From an uncultured virus (IMG/VR IMGVR_UViG_3300026549_000072) (taxonomy: Duplodnaviria > Heunggongvirae > Uroviricota > Caudoviricetes), in the IMG/VR virus record IMGVR_UViG_3300026549_000072: a stretch of DNA of 64,000 nucleotides. One strand, given 5' to 3'. Shown here piece by piece: positions 54,806-64,000 of the stretch. The notes under the pieces were generated by a model, which had not been told where the DNA came from, ran no database searches, and saw nothing but the letters and a program-made list of their open reading frames with translations. The translations under genes and the position numbers were made by a program. Within the stretch, counting starts at the first letter, position 1, and each line of letters opens with the position of its first letter.

Positions 54806-55459
54806 ATGGCAAAAATGTATGAAGACCTAGCTCACACCCTCTTCCCAGAGGCTACTGATGATGAAGCAGGTCATCCGTTAATGAATGACGTAACGTAGAG
54901 TCCGACGCTTCTTCAAGCAGCGAACCAATACAATACGGCAATCATGTCAAACAATAATGTGACAGCAAAATCAATTCTTGATAATAACGAGGAATTGGCG
55001 AACTGTCTATTCAACGCAGACAAATATAACTGGATGCGTGATGCGATTATTGCAATGGAGCGATATTATATCAACGATGTCTAGACGATGATTGAGGATG
55101 TAGCAGCTCGTACTGTTGGATTTGACGATACAAATTCACAGGAAAGCCCTAATACTAATGGGTATTCTATTACAAAGATTACTGCGATGGTGGATGGAAC
55201 CTCAACCAATGTGACATTGCAACCAGGGACATGGCAAGGTGGTGCCGCTCCTTTTACATATGAAATTAGTAATGCAGATATCACAGCGACAAACAATGTA
55301 GATGTAAGTCTTGCCACGAGTGCGACTCTTGACCAAGCTAAAGTATGGGCTAAGGCTATGGTCATGAATGCAACTCAGGCGGCTGGCAAGATTACGCTTA
55401 AAGCCTATGGTAAGAAGCCTGGGGCTAATATTCCGATTGTTGTTACGGTACATAAATAA
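54806..55459 (+). CDS. Tail-associated protein; 2 in-frame TAGs
   Basis: TAGs at 54896 and 55082; TAA end. Confidence 0.65.
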
Positions 55460-55470
55460 GGAGGTGAAAA

Positions 55471-58400
55471 GTGCCTATTTCATTTGGTGCGGGTTCAGAT
55501 AGTCAGAACACATCCAGTGGTTCTTTGACTGCTGATTCCAATGAGACCTATACCAGGCTCTCTCAATATAATAGTACATGGTATCCTGAGTACACAGATG
55601 AAAACACTTTCACTGTTACTTAGACAAAGAATGTCATAACGTCTCAGGATCATCCGAACTTAAGTCAGGAAACAAACAGTCAGTATATACCATTCGTAAT
55701 GCCAAGATTCTATGATGGTATTGACCTGACTAACATGACTATTCAAATTCATTTTGTCAATGCTAATAATGATGATTTCATTGCAAACCCAGTTAATGTT
55801 GAGGCCAGTGAGAATCATATAAGATTTGGATGGCTCGTTGATGAGCGTGCAACTGTAGCGGCTGGTAAGCTTCAGTTCGAAATCAAAATCTTTGGTGTGA
55901 CATAGAATGGTTTAACATATATTTGGAGAACACGTCCGAACTCCGCTCTTGTTGTTGAGAAGTCTTTAGAGGGCAATGGATTTATCCAACCTGAGAACTA
56001 TACAGATTGGTATACCACGTTTGAGATTGCAATGAATACCAAGGTTGCAGATGCTCAGGCGGCGGCGAATACTGCCCTTGAAGCAGCGGCGGCGGCTGAA
56101 GAGTGGGCATCCTCTGTGGATGTTTATAGTAAGAGCGACATTGATGAAATGTTCGCAGAAACGAAGAGCTTATCTAATCTTGGTGCAGAATTTACAGGTG
56201 GTGCGCTCGTTTTATATGATAAGAGCAAGCTTAGAAGTGACCCTGATTTTGTTATCGCTTCTGTAGATAACATTGATACTCTGAATAAACTTAGAGTTGT
56301 TTTTAATCGAGATGATAATACTGGAGACTCATCATTATCGTTTTATGATGATGAAAATTTATTAAGTACTGTTGTGCTTGATTTTACGCCTAATGTTGAG
56401 TGGCAAACAGAGTTTGCTTCGGCTGTTGGGACACAGACAGATTCTAAGATTTAGGCATATAATACCAATACGGTTCAACCAGCTCTATCTGCTATTAATA
56501 GTGACCTCACATCAATTCATAATAACATTGATAGTCTTCCGCAGACGCTTCAAAGTGATTATTATACAAAGGCCACTGTTGATCAGAAGATTGCTGATGC
56601 TATGGAAGACGCTGTTGATGAAAGTGAAATCAATTCTTTAATTTCTACTAATCCTACTGTTACAGGAATTCAGAGTAGCATTCGTAGCATCACTGAAGAT
56701 GTAAGTAATGCAACGTCTCGTGTTGACGATCTTGATGACGCAGTTGAGAATCTTCGCAATAACATTACATCTCATAATGTGTATGATATTGCGTATAATG
56801 ATAAAACAAATGAGCTTTCATTATATGAGAATGCAGATCCGACTGATGAGTCTGCTATTCCAAAAACGAAAGTAATCATTAAAGGTGGTTCTGGCGGATA
56901 GTCTTCTGGTTCTACCCTTACCATTACAAGAATCACTCCTGATACTGTTATGGCTAAGAGTGATGTTGAATCTATTTTGATTCAGTATAATTTCACATCT
57001 GTAATGGCGGATGGTGATACCAACTCTATTACTGGTACTGCGGTATGGAAAGTTGGAAGCACAACTGTGGCGACGGAGACAAATCTTTCCCAGGGCGATA
57101 AGAGCTTTAATATAAGACCGTACCTTACTGTTGGAACAAACCTTGTCACTCTCTCATTTACAGATAGTGAAGGAAGCATCTCAACTAGAAGATGGACTGT
57201 TACACTGATTAATTTTAACATCACAAGTTCATTCAATGATGCGACCACATATGATACTGATATAGCGTTCAGATATACTCCGAATGGTAATATCTCAAAA
57301 GTCGTTCATTTTGTGCTTGATGGTGAAGAGATAGATACCGTAACAACAAACACGACTGCAAAACAGCTTACATATACGATTGCAAAACAATCTCATGGTG
57401 CTCATCTTCTTGATGTGTATATGACTGCTACGATTAATGATGTTCCTGTTGAAAGTAATCACATATATAAGGATATCATTTTCGTAGATGAGGCCAATAC
57501 CACCCCGATTGTTGCAACCGCCGTTAGAAGTATTAGCGCAAAGCAGTATGACACCACAGCGATTTAGTATATTGTTTATGATCCGCTTCATAACCCAGCG
57601 ACAGTAGAACTAATTGTTGACGATGATGTTATTTCTACGCTTTAGGTTGATAGGACATCTCAGCTTTGGAGTTATAAGACGGGTTCTGTCGGAGAGCATA
57701 CGTTAAAGATTCGTTGCGGTGAAACGTTCGTTAGTATTAGTGCGACCATCGAAGATATTGGTATTGATGTTGTACCGATTACCGACAATCTCATGTTTGA
57801 CTTTAATCCATCTGGTATGTCAAATGCAAATACTAATCGTATTTGGACAGACGGAACATATCATATGACAGTCAGTGAGAATTTTGACTGGGCTAATGGT
57901 GGATACCAGGTTGACTCAGATGGCGATACATATTTCTGCGTCAAAGCAGGAACGACTGCAAGTTTTGATGTTCCTCTGTTTGGCGATGAGGCTAAGACAT
58001 CTGGTAAAAACTTTAAGTTTGTTTATCGCACAAACAATGTCAGAGACTATGATGCTCATGTATTGAGATGTATGTCTGGTGGTATTGGTCTTGAGATGAA
58101 TGCACAGAATGCAATCCTTCATTCTCAACAGAACTCTATCGAGGCTCCATATTGTGAAGACAATTTCATGGAGTTTGAATTCAATATTTTGCCATCAACT
58201 CATTATAGAGAGATGGTTCTTTGGATTGATGCAATTCCGACAAGAGTTAAACTCTATGAAACAACTGATAGCTTCACACAGATTCCTACTGTCCCGATTA
58301 CAATTGGTTCTGATGATTGTGATGTCTGGGTTTATAGGATGAAGTCTTACTCTGTGTATCTTGAGGAAGATGAGATTCTTACGAACTTCATTGCTGATGC

Positions 58401-61400
58401 TAAGAATGCAGAAGAAATGATAAACCGCTACAACAGGAATAATATCCTGAACGATGCCGGTGAGCTTGATCCAGACCTACTTGCAGAGAGATGCCCAGAC
58501 CTTAGAATTATTAAACTCTCCGCTCCGTATTTTACAAACGACAAGTATAACAAGGTGTCTAACACTACCGTCCAACATATCTACAAGAATGGTCGTGCTG
58601 TTGAGGATAACTGGACTGCAACTGGTGGTGTTCATAAAGGACAAGGTACGTCATCTAACTATTACGGCGATTCTGCTCGTAATATTGATATAGATTTCCG
58701 CAAAGCATTTAATGAAGAAGCTGGTACTGGATTTAGATATGGAGACAACACACTTCATGCTAAGTATGCTATGACGCCAAATTCCGTCGAGGAAGCATAC
58801 TTTAATATAAAGCTAAATGTTGCATCTTCTGAAAACGCAAACAATGCTGTCATTGCCGATGACTATAATACATTCAATCCGTATGTCAGACCAGCTCGTG
58901 CTGAGAATCCAAAAGTAAGAGATACAATGGAGTTCCATCCATGCGTAGTCTTTATTCAGGAAAGTGACCCAGACCTTTCTACTCACAGAGAGTTCCAGGA
59001 CAACAACTGGCACTTCTATGGTTGCGGTGACTTTGGTAACTCCAAGAAGAATAATGGCGCTATGGGTATGACTGATGATCCGAATGAGTTCATCATGGAA
59101 ATCAGCAATAATATCAATGCTCAGTGCAGGTGGTTATCTGATGACCTATCCACAGAAACATGGGGATTAAACGACCAAAAGGCTGTATCGTTTGAGTTTA
59201 GATATATCAAAGACGAAGATGATTCAGAGATGATTGCAAACGCTCAGGCTGTGTGGCAAGCAAATCTCACATGGGTTGTCAATCAATACAAAGCTGATGT
59301 TATTGGACAGCTTGCGACTCTTGATGCGGCAATTGAATAGGCAGAAACTCCAGAAGCTATTACTGCCGCTACTGAAGCAAGAGATAGTTATATATCTAAC
59401 TTCAAGTCCGAGTTTGAACAGCGCTTCCAAGCAAATAACCTTTGCTATACATATTTGTTTACTGAGCGCCACATGATGATTGATAACCGTGCCAAGAATA
59501 CATTCTGGCATTATGACCCGACAACTGAGCTTCTTAGCTGTACGTTTGACTATGACAATGACACAGCTGAAGGTAACGATAATGAGGGTGGTTTGACTCT
59601 TCGTTATGGCCTTGAAGATACTGATACTATTGGTCAGAAGGATGTTTATAATGCGGCTGATTCTTATATCTGGAAGCTTGTAAAGAACTTCTACCGTGTC
59701 GATCTTGCAACGATGTACCGCACTCTCGAAAACAATGGTGCATGGTCTGCCACAAGATTCCTTAATAAGATTGAGAGCTATCAGAACGTTAAGCCTGAGA
59801 GACTTTGGATTTATGATATGCAGAGAAAGTACTTCCGTCCTTACGAGGAAGGTGGCATAACTGAGGAAACTGACAGCAAGCCGAGTACAACCGCATATCT
59901 TGAGATGATGCATGGTTCAAAGAAACATCAGCGCAGACAGTTTGAGAAATACCAAGAGAAGTATATTGCTTCTAAGTATATTGGCGTTGCTGTAACTTCA
60001 GATGTGCTAACGCTTAGAACATATACGCCTGAAGTATGGTCTGGTGTTGCGCCGTCAACCACATTCCATATTACTCCATATGCTGATACATATATTGTCG
60101 TAAGCTATGGTGGAACTCAGGTTCAAAAGCGTGCTGTACGTGGACAGGAATATACTATTAGTGCACCTCCTGGAACGAGAGTTAACGATACTGAAACATA
60201 TTGCTATAACGCTTCTATGCTTTAGAGCCTTGGTGACCTTTCAGCTTTCTATCCAGGCTATGTTAACCTTGCTGGTGGTGTCAAACTTAGAGACCTTTTG
60301 ATTGGTTCTGATGAGACTGGGTATTCCAATACAAACTTTACCGCTGTATCTGTTTCAACAAATCCATTGCTTGAAAAGCTGAATCTACAGAATCTTCCGA
60401 ACCTTGCGATGTCTGTTAACGTTGAAACATGTGTCAACATGACGGAGCTTCTTGCTGATGGTTCTGCTATTACTGGTATCGTTCTTCCGACTGGTGGTAA
60501 GATTAACACCGTTCACCTTCCTGCAACGATTACTTCATTTACAGCTAAGGGATTGAACTACCTTACTAGCCTAACGATTGATGGTTATAGTAACATTGCA
60601 ACCATCTCAATCGACAACTCTCCTTCTATTGATTCGTATGCTATGTTTATGGCATGTAATAATCTGAGGGTTGCAAGATTGATTGGTATTGATTGGAACA
60701 TCACAGACGATACCGAACTTGAGCGGTTATATAACTTAAGTGGTCTTGATGAGAATCACAATAGTACATCTAGAGCTGTAGTCTCTGGTACTGTTCACAT
60801 TACCACGACTCGTGAGCGTAACCTTGCGAAATACACTGAGGCATGGCCGAACCTTACAATCACTTATGATAATATGATTCGTCAGTTTTCTGTCGCATTT
60901 TATAATGCTGAGGATGCAAGTGGTACAAGTGCTCTACTTGATATTCAGTATGTCGATGTGAATAATTACCCAGAAGACCCAGTTACTCGTGATGTTAATC
61001 CAGTGACTCCTACGCTCGACCCTACTATCAGTACTGTTTACACTTATGAGGGTTGGGATCGTGAAATCTCCGCTGTTACTGGTAACCAGATTTACACCGC
61101 AGTTTACTCTGAATCTCCGAGAACTTATACTGTGACTTATACAAATGGTCATGGTACTGTTCTTCAGAGAACGACTAACTGTCCGTTCGGTGCTTATGTA
61201 CCTTATATAGGAATAAGCGGTACATACTCTGAGAACATGTCTGTTCCTACAACTGGAACTGGTTATACTGCGCTTGCTGAGTCAAAGCAAGCTATTATAC
61301 CGACATACACCACTGGCGAAGCGGCGAACAGTTATTATCTGTTTACTGGTTGGGATCAGTCTGGATATGTCAGCGGATATACGAATGCTGAGCAAACAAC

Positions 61401-62805
61401 GATTGGCGACAAGACTATTAACGCTTTGTATGATACATTTGCATACACTTCAAGCGGTAGTACTAATTCATTTACAGATGAAACAGGTAAGTATAAGTCA
61501 CTGAGCACTCTTACTCCTGTCGAAATTTATGCAATGAAGAAGCTTGAGGCTAAGTATGCTGTAAATGTAAATGACGGCGATGACGATGATAGTGATGACT
61601 TTATTGCTATCGGAGACGAAATTGCAATAACTCTTGGTAACGATATTAACTTCTCTGATGTTGAAAGCCATGAGTTTGTTACACTTTCTCAGCCGTTTAC
61701 TATGAATGGTAGAAACACAAAGATTGATACTGCATCTATCGGTAGTCATTTACCATACGCAAAACTTCTTGCGGAAGACAGAGATTTTGTATTCGCATTT
61801 GAATACTATCTGAACTCTTCGAGTAATTCTGGATCTGTTTTGATGCAGTGCTTCGATGACTTTACCAAAACCGGATTGCAGATTAGTACTACTGGAATTA
61901 ACTGGTTTGGCACATCTGTCAACGCTGTGAATGTTAACACTAGAGATATTATTGTCTTACGTCACAGAAAGGGCGATAAGAAGCTTTATGTGTATAGCGG
62001 AAATTTAAGCGGTTCTTCTGTGGCTTATACTGAGATTACGAATAGTACAACTGCTACGACCGTAGATACAGACGTTGTATTTGGCTGTGCGAAATATGTT
62101 TCTTCTACGTCTACAACATATGATAGCTATGCTAATGGAACCATATATTGGGCAAAACTTTGGAATGCAGACCTTGGCGACGCTGTGTGTAGAGACCTTG
62201 CGGCTTGGACTCATGAGACGATGAATTTCAAAGTCGCAAAATATAAAGACTACTACACACCAGAAAGAAGTAAAGCCTTATTCACCTTCATCGCTGTAGA
62301 GCTTCTTCCATATAAGAAGGTGCTTGGTGCATATAATTGGCCTTCCGCATCTCTCAATGAGTATTTACAAAAGAGATTGTATTTTGCTATGCCGATTGAA
62401 TGGCAAGCGATTATGGCAGAAGTATTGCTTCCGTCCTGGGATGGTTATGTGACTACTACAAACCCAAGAGGCCAGACTGTTGTTTCAAAGTCTGAAACCA
62501 TTACAAACTCAAACGCTTATATATTTATTCCATGTGCGGCAGAGGTTGATAGCACTGCTGGTAATGATTTACTACTTTCAAGAGAGTGCAATAATGGTAT
62601 GATTAAATTCATGTCGACTGCATCAAATCTTGTTGGTAGGTATGCAGATGGATATGGCGATAATTATTGGACGAGGTCTTGTAGCGCAAGCTATGCTGAC
62701 TTCATAGGTACTGTAACTTATAACGACGATTCTGATACTGCATCTGTAAGCTATTGGGAAGGTTATTCCAACTCAAATGCTGTCAGAATTATGTTCTCGA
62801 TTTAA
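55471..62805 (+). CDS. Giant (about 2440 aa) tail/adhesin protein with BppU-like N-terminus, CotH-kinase-like domain, LRR-like region and DUF6273-like C-terminus; 8 in-frame TAGs
   Basis: AAGGAGGTG RBS with GTG start; single frame joined at TAGs 55621, 55903, 56452, 56899, 57565, 57643, 59338, 60223; QGTSS, MIDNRAKNTF and YDNDTAEG motifs; YWTRS near the end. Confidence 0.78.
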
Positions 62806-62810
62806 TGTTT

Positions 62811-62835
62811 GGGGCGGCTTCGGTCGCCCCTTTTT
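62811..62835 (+). terminator. Intrinsic terminator
   Basis: GGGGCGGC-TTCG-GTCGCCCC followed by TTTTT; near-identical to the hairpin at 25041. Confidence 0.75.
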
Positions 62836-62845
62836 AGGAGTTTGA

Positions 62846-63157
62846 ATGTTTTATAAGATAACGAAAGACGGACGTGTTATAGATGTCATCGATTAGATTG
62901 TGTATGTAAGATATGACAAACGGCACGATGACATACATATCTGCGAGCCAGAAAACGCAAATGCATTTCTCTCCTCTGATCGAAGAAGTTGTTGGAGGGT
63001 ACGGTAGATGAAGCTCAGCGATAAGGTCTTTGACACTGTTGAGCTTAGCGAAATTACCGAACAGGAATATCTCCAACTTCGTGCGCTTAATATGAAAACG
63101 CCAGAGGAAATCATAGACGCATATACTCTCGCTCTTATTTCTGGAGGTGTAATATGA
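62846..63157 (+). CDS. Hypothetical tail-fibre-associated protein; 2 in-frame TAGs (absent from the ORF track)
   Basis: AGGAG RBS; TAGs at 62894 and 63005; TPEEIIDAYTLALISGGVI C-terminus. Confidence 0.7.
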
Positions 63158-63294
63158 GTCAGTTTGTTGAGAGCTTAGCTCGGCTTTACAGCCAAAAACA
63201 AATTACACAAGAAATGGTGAGGACACTTTTTACAAAAGGAAAAATCACGAGTTCCGAATTTGTCTATATCACCTCTTCTAAGGAGAAGTCATAA
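63154..63294 (+). CDS. XkdX-like small protein
   Basis: MSQFVESLARLY..KGKITSSEFVYIT; GGAGGT RBS. Confidence 0.6.
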   Translation: MSQFVESLARLYSQKQITQEMVRTLFTKGKITSSEFVYITSSKEKS

Positions 63295-63929
63295 TGTATA
63301 CGATTATTGTTAATAATGATAATGTGCTGGACAAAACTAATGTCGAGCGTGTTATGTGCAAAAGTAAACTCGTGAATAATATGCATTTTCTTGTGCCACT
63401 TATGTACGATTAGATTAGTATGGATGGATTTACTGCCGTACTTGAATATCGTCTTCCTGTGAGCAAGGCGTATCATACCGAGATTCTTGTTGTACAACCA
63501 GAGATTTACAAGGATGATTATCTAGAATATCGTTTACCGTTTGATACAAATTTAACGGCAGAAGCTGGTGAGATTGAATTACAGCTCACGTTTACTAAAG
63601 CCATTCTTAATGATGATGGCACAACAACTCAGTATGTTAGGAAGACTCTTCCAACCTAGATTGTAATTACGCCGATTGCATCCTGGGCTGATATGATTCC
63701 TGATGCCGCACTTACCGCCCTCGACCAGAGGATTATTGCACTTGACCTTGCTCAAGAACAGCTCGCTCAGCTTGCTCAGCTTCTTAACACAGGTAAAGCT
63801 GATAATGTTGTTATCGAGGGTGACCAGCTACAGCTTACTTCTAATGGCGTTAAGATTGGCGATGCTGTTACTGTTAATCAGATTTACAATATTAACACGA
63901 CTGGCGAACTGAAGGTGGTGGAGATTTAA
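63294..63929 (+). CDS. BppU-like tail protein; 2 in-frame TAGs
   Basis: AAGGAG RBS; TAGs at 63411 and 63657; LTAEAGEIELQLTF. Confidence 0.7.
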
Positions 63930-64000
63930 TGCCAAACGAAGAATCTGCCAAGCTAGGGTACGGTAAATATGACCGAGTTAACAAGGCGGTGGATTCTGGA
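63929..64000 (+). CDS. Hypothetical protein (partial, runs off the window)
   Basis: GGAG RBS, TAATG coupling, MPNEESAKLGYGKY. Confidence 0.55.
   Translation, partial: MPNEESAKLGYGKYDRVNKAVDSG

Noticed and set aside
19913..63929. Reading the late region as a decayed prophage full of pseudogenes
   Set aside because: The interruptions are TAG only, with one frame break in about 44 kb. Random decay would also give TAA/TGA stops and many frameshifts.
19913..63929. Pyrrolysine decoding of TAG
   Set aside because: No pyl genes are visible, and the many TAG sites in structural proteins fall in contexts suited to a small residue.

Overview
This is a 64-kb segment of a large tailed phage, most likely infecting a Firmicute (Clostridia-like ribosome-binding sites and sigma-A promoters), with an SPbeta-like late operon. 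Positions 1-14.2 kb hold about 35 short minus-strand early genes, including DUF932, a RadC/JAB protein, a GP88-like protein and an HTH protein. They share a repeated 15-bp operator-like motif and include two tRNA-like elements. An AT-rich divergent region follows (14.2-15.3 kb). The plus strand then carries a BRO antirepressor, a YonO-like single-subunit RNA polymerase, tRNA-Asn and the late module: metallophosphoesterase, HU, terminase, portal, protease/scaffold, capsid, head-tail proteins, tail tube, PIN-PhoH, ClpP, RuvC-like nuclease, tape measure and tail/baseplate genes. The main result is that the fragmented ORF track is caused by amber recoding. About 56 in-frame TAG codons (manual count) interrupt 19 late genes, while every gene I read ends in TAA or TGA. 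The TAG contexts fit serine better than the usual glutamine. Every gene up to and including the RNA polymerase is TAG-free, and every recoded gene has its first TAG within the first 60 codons. This suggests a translational gate on late gene expression. No suppressor tRNA or release factor is visible in this window. Amino-acid and family assignments come from motif recognition and recall, not from database searches.
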